In this document: one piece after another, positions 45,506 to 54,245 of the stretch
Layout: the number at the start of each line of letters is the position of its first letter
Position numbering within the stretch: the first letter of the stretch is position 1
Source: Anaerolineae bacterium
GTDB taxonomy: Bacteria; Chloroflexota; Anaerolineae; Anaerolineales; E44-bin32
Reading direction: 5' to 3'
DNA: 64,000 bases
Assembly: GCA_011192015.1 (NCBI GenBank)
Contig: DUET01000025.1
Coordinates: 18,539 to 82,538, forward strand
The notes under the pieces: model-generated
The model's input: only the letters and a program-made list of their open reading frames with translations
Database searches by the model: none
What the model was told of the DNA's origin: nothing
Position numbers and translations under genes: made by a program

Positions 45506-46989
45506 CGATCCAAGAGCGGCGCAGGACCCAAGGATTGAATTTGGGATTGGTGTTGGCGATCGTTCTGTCGATCGGCTTCTACCTGTGGATGAGTTGGCGA
45601 ACACTCGGACTTGCATTCCCCCTGGACGATGCATGGATCCATCAGAGCTACGCCCGCAACCTCGCGCTGCGGGGCGAATGGGCTTTTCTGCCCGGCCAAC
45701 CCAGCGCGGGCTCCACGTCCCCTCTTTGGGCGGCGGTCCTGGCCGGGGGGCATGCCTTGGGATTGGATCCTCGGGCTTGGACCTATGGCATGGGCACGAT
45801 CCTGCTTGGGATCACAGCCTGGCTTGGCGCGCGGTGGGTTTCCCAACGTCAAGGGAGTGAGCGCTCCTGGCATTGGCTGGCCGCGTTGCTGCTGGTCTTC
45901 GAATGGCACTTGGTTTGGGCCGCGATTTCTGGAATGGAAGTGCCTGCGATGGCCTTGTTGGTCGTCGTTGTCCTCTACGCGCTGGATGGGAACCGCTGGC
46001 GAGCTCTCTTCATCGGCTTCCTGATCGGCTTGGGCGTTTGGCTGCGTCCGGATGCGGTGCTGCTCGCTTTGGCTGCGGCTTGGGTAATCATGACGCGCGA
46101 ACGTTTCCAAATCAGGAGGATCCTGAAGGCTTTTGGTGGACTGCTGCTCGGGATGGCGCTTCCCATCGCGCCCTATTTAGTCTTCAATCGCTTACTCTCT
46201 GGCGCATGGTGGCCAACAACGTTTTACGCCAAGCAGGCAGAGTATGCCATACTCCGGCAAACGCCTCTGCTGCAACGAGTGGTCGAGCAAGCCGGTCTGC
46301 CTTTGGTGGGCGTGATTGCGCTGCTGCTTCCGGGCATCGTGCTCGGTGGGGTGAGGGCGATCCGCAGTCGGCAGTGGTTTCGGTTCGCCCCCTTGCTTTG
46401 GGTTTGTCTGCATCTGGGAGCATATGCCCTGCGTCTCCCACTGGACTACCACTACCAGCATGGCCGCTACGCCATGCCAACGGTACCGATATTGCTCATC
46501 TTGGGAGTGGAAGGTCTCCTGGGATGGTTACAGCTAGATACAGAGACTGTGTATAAAAGGGTTATCTCACGCGCATGGCTGGCGAGTGTCATCATTGTCG
46601 CGGCCATTTTCTGGTTCCTTGGCGCGCAAGCCTACGCACGCGACGTAGCCATCATCGAGAGTGAAATGGTGGCCACGGCACATTGGGTACGAGAGAACAC
46701 CCATGAGGATGATCTCATTGCAGCTCACGATATCGGCGCCATGGGGTACTTCGGAGAGCGCGAGATTTTAGACCTTGCAGGTCTTGTGGATCCGATCGTG
46801 ATTCCATACATTCGAGACGAACAGGCGTTGGAAGCCTTGTTGGATGCGCAACAGGCTGACTATCTTGTAACTTTTCCTGGTTGGTACCCACAATTGATCT
46901 CCGGAGGGACGCAAGTATTCACTACGAACGGCTCCTTCAGCCCTTTGGCGGGTGGTGAAAACATGACCGTGTATCTTTGGCGAAAATAG
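45502..46989 (+). CDS. GT-C-like membrane protein 10 (DDAWI...YARN family), paralogue of 31421-32941
   Basis: The ATG overlaps the upstream stop (ATGA). FPLDDAWIHQSYARNLALRGEW...GSTSPLW follows TM1, and the C-terminal domain contains AAHDIGAMGY. Confidence 0.7.
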   Translation: MTIQERRRTQGLNLGLVLAIVLSIGFYLWMSWRTLGLAFPLDDAWIHQSYARNLALRGEWAFLPGQPSAGSTSPLWAAVLAGGHALGLDPRAWTYGMGTILLGITAWLGARWVSQRQGSERSWHWLAALLLVFEWHLVWAAISGMEVPAMALLVVVVLYALDGNRWRALFIGFLIGLGVWLRPDAVLLALAAAWVIMTRERFQIRRILKAFGGLLLGMALPIAPYLVFNRLLSGAWWPTTFYAKQAEYAILRQTPLLQRVVEQAGLPLVGVIALLLPGIVLGGVRAIRSRQWFRFAPLLWVCLHLGAYALRLPLDYHYQHGRYAMPTVPILLILGVEGLLGWLQLDTETVYKRVISRAWLASVIIVAAIFWFLGAQAYARDVAIIESEMVATAHWVRENTHEDDLIAAHDIGAMGYFGEREILDLAGLVDPIVIPYIRDEQALEALLDAQQADYLVTFPGWYPQLISGGTQVFTTNGSFSPLAGGENMTVYLWRK

Positions 46990-46993
46990 GTGT

Positions 46994-47023
46994 TTGCTCC
47001 TATTGACTTGACTATGCTATACT
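46994..47023 (+). promoter_or_regulatory. Candidate promoter for the two-component operon, with a TTGAC-TTGAC direct repeat in the spacer
   Basis: TTGCTC (46994-46999), an 18-nt spacer, then TATACT (47018-47023). The repeat TTGACTTGAC lies at 47003-47012. Confidence 0.35.
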
Positions 47024-47052
47024 CGCCGCAAGTGCCAAAGAAAGGAAAAATC

Positions 47053-47745
47053 ATGGATGATATAGATATCATAATCGTTGATGATCATCCTCTCTTTCGC
47101 GAGGGGGTGCGCAATGTTATCGAGGCAGAAGATGATCTAAATGTAGTGGGTGAAGCCGTGAGCGGCGATCAAGCGCTTGATACGATACGGCGGCACAATC
47201 CTCAGGTTGCATTGATTGATATCAACCTGCCGGTGGTCAACGGTATTCAAGTCACGCGTCAGATCGTGTCTGAAAAGCTTTCCACAGTGGTTGTATTACT
47301 GACCGCATACGATGATGTGGAACAGGTCCTGCATGCATTCCGCGCAGGAGCGGCGGCCTATTGCTCGAAGGATGTTGAAGCCGGTAAGCTTGTAGATGTT
47401 ATCCGTCAAGTTGCCCGAGGGAATTTCGTTGTTGGTGATCTGATCTATGATCGCGAGGGTCTAGAAAACTGGCTAGAGAAGGGCGTGGAGACAGTTCGGC
47501 GACCCCATCTCCAGGGCGAACTACCGCCCTATGCACCTCTTTCCCCGCGTGAGATGGAAATCCTGCAATATGTAACCCGGGGGATGAGCAATAAAGAAAT
47601 CGCAGTGCGATTGGGGATCAGCCATCAGACCGTGAAGAATCATATGACATCCATTCTGCATAAGCTGGATGTCGAAGACCGTACGCAAGCGGCTGTTTAC
47701 GCTTTGCGGCATGGGTGGGTGCGTCTTCAAGACACGCGCAAATGA
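47053..47745 (+). CDS. NarL/FixJ (DegU-like) response regulator
   Basis: REC domain (IIIVDDH, ALIDINLP, K in AAAYCSKD) plus a LuxR-type HTH (LSPREMEILQYV...GMSNKEIA...SHQTVKNH). Confidence 0.9.
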   Translation: MDDIDIIIVDDHPLFREGVRNVIEAEDDLNVVGEAVSGDQALDTIRRHNPQVALIDINLPVVNGIQVTRQIVSEKLSTVVVLLTAYDDVEQVLHAFRAGAAAYCSKDVEAGKLVDVIRQVARGNFVVGDLIYDREGLENWLEKGVETVRRPHLQGELPPYAPLSPREMEILQYVTRGMSNKEIAVRLGISHQTVKNHMTSILHKLDVEDRTQAAVYALRHGWVRLQDTRK

Positions 47746-47757
47746 GAAGAAGGGCTC

Positions 47758-48813
47758 ATGGCCGAAACGGAAGGCAGTAAACCGACCAATGCGATAGAGG
47801 ATTTTATCGCTACTACGAAGCAGGAATTGGAAAAAGTCCATAGTCAGATAGATGAAATCAATCTGCTGATTGAACAAAGCCAAGGTGAAGTGGAGAAGCT
47901 CGTTGAGCGCAATGCCAGCATCACAGCCGAGGTCCACTTCCTTCAAAGCAATTTCGATACGGTTCCCAGAGACGACATCCGCTCTACATACGAGGCTGCT
48001 CAAGACGCTCAGCAGCGTCTCTTTACCATGCGTGGGCAGGTCGAGAAGCTCGCGAGCGACAAGAAGATCCTCGAGCGCTTCGCTGAATTCTTGAACCGCA
48101 CGGCCAGCATTTTCGACAGCACACAGGGTTTGACCACATCCAGTGCTGCGATTGCATCGGATTCGGTAATCGAGCAGATCATCGCTGCTCAGGAGGAAGA
48201 GCGGAGGATGATCACGCGCCAGATCCATGATGGTCCAGCACAGGGGCTCTCCAACTTCATCCTGCAAGCTGAAATTGCATTGCGTTTACTCGACATCGAT
48301 CAAGATAAAGCGCGTCAGGAAATTGCCAATCTACAGCAAACAGCCGGCGCAACGTTTTCGCAATTACGCGATTTCATCTTCGATCTTCGTCCGATGATGC
48401 TCGACGATCTGGGACTGATTCCCACCATACGCCGCTATGTGGATGCCATTCAGGAGAAATCGGGAATGAGCATCAGCCTGGTGGTGACAGGTTCTGAACG
48501 CCGTCTGGATTCGCATCGCGAAGTGCTGATCTTCCGCGCGGTTCAGGATGCGTTAGCCAACGTACGGGATTTTGCCCAGGCCACACAGACAAAGATAACG
48601 GTTGACATCGGGGAGAGGTTGGTACGCACAACCATCGAAGACAATGGCAGTGGTTTCGATCCACAAACGATAAACTCCAATGAGGACATAGGTCAGGGAG
48701 GTGGATTGCGTAAGCTCCGTGATCGCATCAATATGGTTGGCGGTACCATCGATGTACAAAGTAATCCTGGCCAAGGCAGTCGTGTCATTTTTGCCATCCC
48801 CACAACTGGCTGA
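47758..48813 (+). CDS. Cytoplasmic HisKA_3 histidine kinase (DegS-like)
   Basis: No TM segment. A coiled-coil N-terminal half, the H-box EEERRMITRQIHDGPAQ, and HATPase_c (EDNGSGF, GLRKLRDR). Confidence 0.85.
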   Translation: MAETEGSKPTNAIEDFIATTKQELEKVHSQIDEINLLIEQSQGEVEKLVERNASITAEVHFLQSNFDTVPRDDIRSTYEAAQDAQQRLFTMRGQVEKLASDKKILERFAEFLNRTASIFDSTQGLTTSSAAIASDSVIEQIIAAQEEERRMITRQIHDGPAQGLSNFILQAEIALRLLDIDQDKARQEIANLQQTAGATFSQLRDFIFDLRPMMLDDLGLIPTIRRYVDAIQEKSGMSISLVVTGSERRLDSHREVLIFRAVQDALANVRDFAQATQTKITVDIGERLVRTTIEDNGSGFDPQTINSNEDIGQGGGLRKLRDRINMVGGTIDVQSNPGQGSRVIFAIPTTG

Positions 48814-48889
48814 ACTTTCCAAGTTCAGATCGGAAAACTCTGTGTTCAGCCAGAGCGTCCTCGCTTTCCCATATCGGATATTTGTCCTA

Positions 48890-48919
48890 TTGCTATGTTT
48901 TCCTTTTAATCCCTATAAT
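48890..48919 (+). promoter_or_regulatory. Candidate promoter of the flp pilin gene
   Basis: TTGCTA (48890-48895), an 18-nt spacer, then consensus TATAAT (48914-48919), about 50 nt upstream of the pilin ATG. Confidence 0.5.
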
Positions 48920-48972
48920 GTGGTCAGCCTGCATCCGACAGGCAAATCTTTAAAAGGAAGGTGGTGAGTTAG

Positions 48973-49119
48973 ATGCTGTACGCTCCGAAAGAGAAAGGCC
49001 AGGGCCTCGTAGAGTACGCCTTGATTCTTGTTTTGGTCGCGGTCGTCGTGATTGTCATTCTGGCATTGCTTGGCCCTGCTATCGGCAACGTTTTCAGCAA
49101 CATCATTTCAAACATCTAA
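48973..49119 (+). CDS. flp: Flp-family (type IVb / Tad) prepilin
   Basis: 48 aa, below the ORF-track cutoff: MLYAPKEKG|QGLVEYALILVLVAVVVIVILALLGPAIGNVFSNIISNI. It has the G/xxxxEY processing motif followed by a hydrophobic helix. A purine-rich stretch (AAAAGGAAGGTGGTGA) lies upstream, and the gene sits directly upstream of cpaB. Confidence 0.85.
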   Translation: MLYAPKEKGQGLVEYALILVLVAVVVIVILALLGPAIGNVFSNIISNI

Positions 49120-49168
49120 ACAAGCCAGTATGAAATTTGAATCGGGATTTACGACCACCTGGCGATGG

Positions 49169-49199
49169 CACGGGGCCCTATCCCAAATAGGGCTCCGTG
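49169..49199 (+). terminator. Strong hairpin after the pilin gene (possible partial terminator or stabiliser)
   Basis: 12-bp stem CACGGGGCCCTA / TAGGGCTCCGTG with one G-T pair and a 7-nt loop, 50 nt after the flp stop. No clear U-tract. Confidence 0.5.
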
Positions 49200-49337
49200 T
49201 CTGAATCGAAACAGATATGCGATCGGGAGAATACCCCGATGGCGCATCTCTTGACATTTGATTCGGAACCGGTATCATTGCCTCACAGATTTGAAGGCTG
49301 CGAGAGTGGATCCTAGAGGTAGAAAGAAGGAGGCATC

Positions 49338-50429
49338 ATGCGTCGTGGAAGAGTATTGATCCTACTTGCATTCGTTCTGATATTAGGGGCGGTTGCTATA
49401 TACCTCGTGATGAATAGGTTGGGTGGTGACGGTGATGCGGGGACCGAAGGCGGCACTCCGGAGCCTGGTACAGATCTGGGACTGATCGTAACATCAGCCC
49501 AAGCGATTACTCGAGGTTCAACCATCGTCGAAGAGAACCTGGCGCTATCACCCTTCCCCGTGGAATTGATCGATGCCAATATGATCACAGATACGTCTTT
49601 GGTTATCGGCAAGATCGCACGCATGGACATTGCTCAAGGTGTGACCATCACTCCAAACATGATCACAGATCATCCCGGTGATCTCGTGTTTGTGAGTTCA
49701 GAAGCCGCTCTTTCCATTCCGCCTGGATACACCGCCATGGCCATTCCGATGAACCGTCTCTCGGGTGTGGCCTATGCGCTGCGCGCTGGTGACAGGGTCG
49801 ATGTGCTCATCGCATTCTTGGTGGTCGATCTGGATGCGGAATTTCAAACCGTTCTGCCCAATCTGACAGGAGTTTTTGTCTCTCCTGGGAGCCCGAGTGT
49901 TAGCACCCCAGTTTATTTGACGGCATCGAACGATCAGCAATCAACTGAATTGGGGCGAATCGAAACGGAACCGGTAACAGGGCAGTTGCTTTACATCCTT
50001 CCACGAGGGGAACAAAGACCACGCTTGGTTACACAGCGTTTGATCGAGAATGCCACTGTACTGCATGTGGGGAATTTCCCGCTGGAAAGCCAGGCAACTG
50101 CCGAGGCTGCTCAGGGTGTGGGGGCACCTGCTCAACCGACAGGACAGGATGCAGCCCCTGCAGGACCCGCACCTCCGGACATTGTAACCTTGATCGTCAC
50201 GCCTCAGGATGCGCTGGCCCTCAATTGGGCTCTCAAGGCGCGAGCGGATCTGATGCTCACTCTAAGGGGGCCTGGGGACAAGATGCTGACGGAAACCACC
50301 AGCGTCACATTCCAATATCTGCTTGAGAATTATCGCATTGCAATTCCCACATCTTTGCCCTACGGTCTTGAACCGGCGGTGCTTGAGGCGACAAATCCAT
50401 CCCTATCGGAGGGCAGTACTGCAGAGTGA
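49338..50429 (+). CDS. cpaB: Flp pilus assembly protein CpaB/RcpC
   Basis: N-terminal TM anchor and a SAF-like region (ITRGSTIVEENL), plus locus position. Confidence 0.8.
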   Translation: MRRGRVLILLAFVLILGAVAIYLVMNRLGGDGDAGTEGGTPEPGTDLGLIVTSAQAITRGSTIVEENLALSPFPVELIDANMITDTSLVIGKIARMDIAQGVTITPNMITDHPGDLVFVSSEAALSIPPGYTAMAIPMNRLSGVAYALRAGDRVDVLIAFLVVDLDAEFQTVLPNLTGVFVSPGSPSVSTPVYLTASNDQQSTELGRIETEPVTGQLLYILPRGEQRPRLVTQRLIENATVLHVGNFPLESQATAEAAQGVGAPAQPTGQDAAPAGPAPPDIVTLIVTPQDALALNWALKARADLMLTLRGPGDKMLTETTSVTFQYLLENYRIAIPTSLPYGLEPAVLEATNPSLSEGSTAE

Positions 50430-50468
50430 ACTAGCCAATGGGGGATGATTGAGGGAATGGAGGCCTTG

Positions 50469-51734
50469 ATGGTTACTAACGCGGAAGATTCCATCCGCGT
50501 TCTCATCGTTGATGATATCGCTGAAACAAGAGAGAACCTGCGCAAGCTGCTCCAATTTGAATCCGACGTCAATGTCGTAGGCGCAGCTCGCACGGGCGAA
50601 GAAGGTATCCAACAGGCACGCGATCTGTTGCCGGATGTCATCCTGATGGACATCAACATGCCGGACATGGACGGCATCACGGCAACGCAAGCGATAATCA
50701 AAGAGGTGCCGTTTGCTCAAATTGTGATCCTCTCTGTCCAGAGCGATGCCAATTACATGCGGCGCGCGATGCAGGCAGGAGCACGAGATTTTATCCCCAA
50801 ACCTCCATCCGGGGATGAGTTGATTTCAACAATCCGATCGGTAGCCGTGCGGGCGCGTGAACAACGGGAGAAATACACCAAGCCTGCACCGCAAGCGGCC
50901 GTGGCGGGCCCTGGTCTTCGCGGCGCAACCGCATTCGATCGGCAAGGAAAGCTTATCGCCATATATAGTTCCAAGGGCGGCGTAGGTTGCACAACCCTGT
51001 TATCCAACATGGCTGTAGGATTGCATTCCGACCAAACGCCCACGGTGTTGGTGGATACAAGTCTGCAATTTGGCGATGTGTCCGTGTTCTTAAACATGCA
51101 AATCAAAACGAGCATTGTGGATCTCGCGATGCATATCGAAGAGCTGGATCGCGAATTGCTGGATGACGTGCTCATGGTGCACGAGTGTGGATTGCGAATA
51201 TTGGCTGCTCCCCCGCGTCCGGAATTGGCCGACGAGATTACAGCCGAGCACATCCGCAAGATCCTGCAATCATTGAAGCGCACCTTTCCCTATGTGCTCG
51301 TCGATACCAGTTCGACCATGGACGATATCACCCTGGCCGTTCTGGACAGCGCGGATCTGCTGATCACGGTGGCCACACCGGATATTCCAGCTATCAAAGA
51401 TGCCCGCCTGCTCTTCGATCTGTTGGCGGTATTGGACTTTCCGACAAGCAAAGTGATGTTTGTGCTCAACAAGATGGACCGGCGGACGGGCATCACGGCT
51501 GAAGCCGTGGCGGAAAATCTCAAATGCGACGTGGATGGATGGATCCCGGCAGAGGAGCGTTTGGTGACCACTTCCATCAATCGTGGAGAACCTCTCTTGA
51601 TGGGAGACACCAATCGACCGCCGGCGAAGAATATTCTCGAGCTACTCGGTATGGTTGAGGAACGGATCAGCGTCAACGAGCAGGAAGAAGTGGATTTGGA
51701 CCAACTCAGCCCCAGAAGATTAATCGGGCGTTAG
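50469..51734 (+). CDS. tadZ: TadZ/CpaE-like pilus assembly ATPase with an N-terminal receiver domain
   Basis: The REC domain has intact acidic residues (VLIVDD, ILMDINMPDMDG). It is followed by a MinD/ParA-type deviant Walker A SSKGGVGCTT. GGAGG lies 5 nt before ATG 50469. Confidence 0.85.
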   Translation: MVTNAEDSIRVLIVDDIAETRENLRKLLQFESDVNVVGAARTGEEGIQQARDLLPDVILMDINMPDMDGITATQAIIKEVPFAQIVILSVQSDANYMRRAMQAGARDFIPKPPSGDELISTIRSVAVRAREQREKYTKPAPQAAVAGPGLRGATAFDRQGKLIAIYSSKGGVGCTTLLSNMAVGLHSDQTPTVLVDTSLQFGDVSVFLNMQIKTSIVDLAMHIEELDRELLDDVLMVHECGLRILAAPPRPELADEITAEHIRKILQSLKRTFPYVLVDTSSTMDDITLAVLDSADLLITVATPDIPAIKDARLLFDLLAVLDFPTSKVMFVLNKMDRRTGITAEAVAENLKCDVDGWIPAEERLVTTSINRGEPLLMGDTNRPPAKNILELLGMVEERISVNEQEEVDLDQLSPRRLIGR

Positions 51735-51772
51735 CGTGACTGACGCCGGGTGTGACGGTATGGAGGTCATCA

Positions 51773-53179
51773 GTGTCATTGCTGAAGCGCATTGAAAAAG
51801 GACATACGCAAAGCTCAGGCGCAGAGGATGCCGGAGAATCCTCTGGAGGAACTTCCCGCCTAACATCCTTGAATGCCCGGCGTGTATCACCCCCTGGCGG
51901 CAAACAACGCGAGACATACTTCGATCTGAAGAACAGGGTTCAGAATAAGCTCCTTGCCGAAATCGATCCGTCTATGGATGTGAGCCGGACAGCAGATGTA
52001 CGCAGAACGATCGAAGAATTATTCGAGAGCATTTTATCGGAAGAGAAGATCGTTCTATCGCGTCCAGAGCGTCGTCGCCTATTTGAGCAGATCGTCCATG
52101 AGATCTTGGGATTGGGACCATTGGAGCCGTTGCTGGAAGATGAGGGCATCACGGAAGTCATGGTTAACGGAGCCAAGAACATCTACATCGAACGCGCCGG
52201 CAAGATATCCCGGGTAGGCGCAACATTCGAGACCGATGACCACTTGATGCGCATCATCGACCGCATCGTGGCTCCCCTGGGCAGGCGCATTGATGAATCC
52301 AGCCCCTATGTCGATGCAAGGCTCGCGGATGGGTCACGTGTCAATGCTGTGATCCCTCCGATTTCTCTCGTCGGTCCTGTCCTGACGATCCGAAAATTCT
52401 CGCGCAATCCGATCACGATCGAGCAGTTGATCGAATACGGAACGATTACGAACGAGTCGATCGAGTTCCTGAAAGCCTGTGTTATCTCTCGCGTCAACAC
52501 GATCATCTCCGGCGGCACTGGTTCCGGAAAGACCACGTTGCTGAACGTTCTCTCGCAGTACATTCCCCCTGACGAACGCATCGTGACGATCGAGGATGCG
52601 GCGGAAATTCAGCTGCGCCAGGAACATGTCGTGTCTCTGGAGAAACGGCCCCCCAACATCGAGGGCAGGGGTGAGGTAACCATCCAGAATCTGGTCGTGA
52701 ATTCATTGCGCATGAGACCTGATCGCATCATCGTGGGAGAGATCCGTGATGCTGCAGCCCTTGACATGCTGCAAGCGATGAACACTGGTCATGACGGTTC
52801 TCTGACAACGGCGCACTCCAACAGCCCACGCGATACCCTTACGCGCATCGAAACCATGACCCTCATGGCAGGTGTTGAACTCCCCGTACGCGCCATCCGA
52901 GAGCAGATCGCCTCAGCGCTTGACCTGGTTGTACACCTGGAACGTATGCGGGATGGAACACGACGAGTGACCAATATCACCGAAATCCAGGGTATGGAGG
53001 GGGACATGATCACGATGATGGACCTCTTCGTTTTTGAACAAACCGGTATCGAGGATGGTCGAGTCATCGGTCGATTGAGACCCACAGGTTTGCGGCCAAA
53101 ATTCCTGGATAGGATCGAAGCCTCCGGCATCGTATTACCGGCTACGATTTTCGGCGTGGGAGAGCGAAAGCGGTTCTAG
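51773..53179 (+). CDS. cpaF: Tad pilus secretion ATPase CpaF/TadA
   Basis: GGTGSGKTT Walker A, Asp/His boxes ([22 protein letters not shown]). GTG 51773 with GGAGG 6 nt upstream gives MSLLKRIE. Confidence 0.9.
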   Translation: MSLLKRIEKGHTQSSGAEDAGESSGGTSRLTSLNARRVSPPGGKQRETYFDLKNRVQNKLLAEIDPSMDVSRTADVRRTIEELFESILSEEKIVLSRPERRRLFEQIVHEILGLGPLEPLLEDEGITEVMVNGAKNIYIERAGKISRVGATFETDDHLMRIIDRIVAPLGRRIDESSPYVDARLADGSRVNAVIPPISLVGPVLTIRKFSRNPITIEQLIEYGTITNESIEFLKACVISRVNTIISGGTGSGKTTLLNVLSQYIPPDERIVTIEDAAEIQLRQEHVVSLEKRPPNIEGRGEVTIQNLVVNSLRMRPDRIIVGEIRDAAALDMLQAMNTGHDGSLTTAHSNSPRDTLTRIETMTLMAGVELPVRAIREQIASALDLVVHLERMRDGTRRVTNITEIQGMEGDMITMMDLFVFEQTGIEDGRVIGRLRPTGLRPKFLDRIEASGIVLPATIFGVGERKRF

Positions 53180-53182
53180 ACA

Positions 53183-54160
53183 ATGTGGACAACCGTTCTT
53201 TTGACCAGCGCAGGTTTGGGCCTGGTTTTGCTCATCATAGGTATTATTACAACCTTTCTGGGGCGTCGGTCCGTTGTCGATGAGAGGTTGGGCCAAGTTT
53301 CTGAAACGGTTGAAACTGGGGCTCTGCGAACTGCGATCGATGACGAAGCACCCGAGCGCGTCAGTCCGATCCGGGAGTTCATCTCCCGATTGGGAGAGGG
53401 CACGGCTCGTTACGAAGCCATCGCTCAGAGACTGGCAAGCGCGGATATCAAATTACGTCCCGGTGAATACATCTTTTCAATTCCGTTGATCGCACTCATC
53501 GTGGGCGCCTTGGGAGCCTTAATCGGGCGCTCGCTGGTCTTCGGAATCGCGTTAGCCATCGTTGGCGCCTTCCTGCCATCCCTGTATGTGCGCCGTGCTC
53601 GATCCGCACGGTTGAAGGCATTCAACAACCAGTTGAGCGACATGCTCAATCTGATGGTCAATGGTTTACGGGCTGGCTATTCGACTCTGATGGCCATGGA
53701 AGCCGTAAGTAAGGAATTACCCTCTCCAATCTCGGATGAATTCCGACGCGTCGTGCAGGAAGTTCAGCTCGGCATCCCCCTTGAGGAAGCCTTGGACCAT
53801 CTCGTTCGACGCATCCACAGTGATGACCTCGACATGATTATCACGGCGATCAACGTGCAGCGTGAGTCCGGTGGTAACCTGGCCGAGATATTCGACAACA
53901 TCTCGCATACCATTCGTGAGCGCGTTCGGATCCGAGGTGAGATCCAAGCGCTCACAGCCATGGGGCGCGCTACAGCTTGGGTCATTTCGTTGATGCCCGT
54001 TGCTCTTGTAGGCGCACTGTTTCTCATCAATCGACCTTACGTGATGCTGTTCTTCAATCCCGAAACCCGCGGTTGTGGCATCCCGATGCTTGTCATTGTG
54101 GTCATCATGGTCGGAACGGGTATCACCATCGTGCAGAAGATCGTGAACATCGATATCTAG
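53183..54160 (+). CDS. tadB: Tad pilus platform protein TadB (T2SSF domain)
   Basis: 325 aa, TM-cytoplasmic-TM layout, follows cpaF. Confidence 0.8.
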   Translation: MWTTVLLTSAGLGLVLLIIGIITTFLGRRSVVDERLGQVSETVETGALRTAIDDEAPERVSPIREFISRLGEGTARYEAIAQRLASADIKLRPGEYIFSIPLIALIVGALGALIGRSLVFGIALAIVGAFLPSLYVRRARSARLKAFNNQLSDMLNLMVNGLRAGYSTLMAMEAVSKELPSPISDEFRRVVQEVQLGIPLEEALDHLVRRIHSDDLDMIITAINVQRESGGNLAEIFDNISHTIRERVRIRGEIQALTAMGRATAWVISLMPVALVGALFLINRPYVMLFFNPETRGCGIPMLVIVVIMVGTGITIVQKIVNIDI

Positions 54161-54245
54161 CGTTGCGTCGTCAATTGGGGTTTGGTATTCACGCTCGATA
54201 CAGCAGGATGGACTATTCCTGCGGAGTAGAAACAGGAAGAATCAT

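Noticed and set aside
48810-48828. 8-bp hairpin overlapping the histidine kinase stop codon as a terminator
   Set aside because: It is an AT-rich short stem with a 3-nt loop and no U-tract, too weak to call.
49130-49204. 24-codon ORF (MKFESGFTTTWRWHGALSQIGLRV) after flp as a second pilin or minor pilin
   Set aside because: It has no G/xxxxEY motif, no hydrophobic helix and no ribosome-binding site, and it overlaps the post-flp hairpin.
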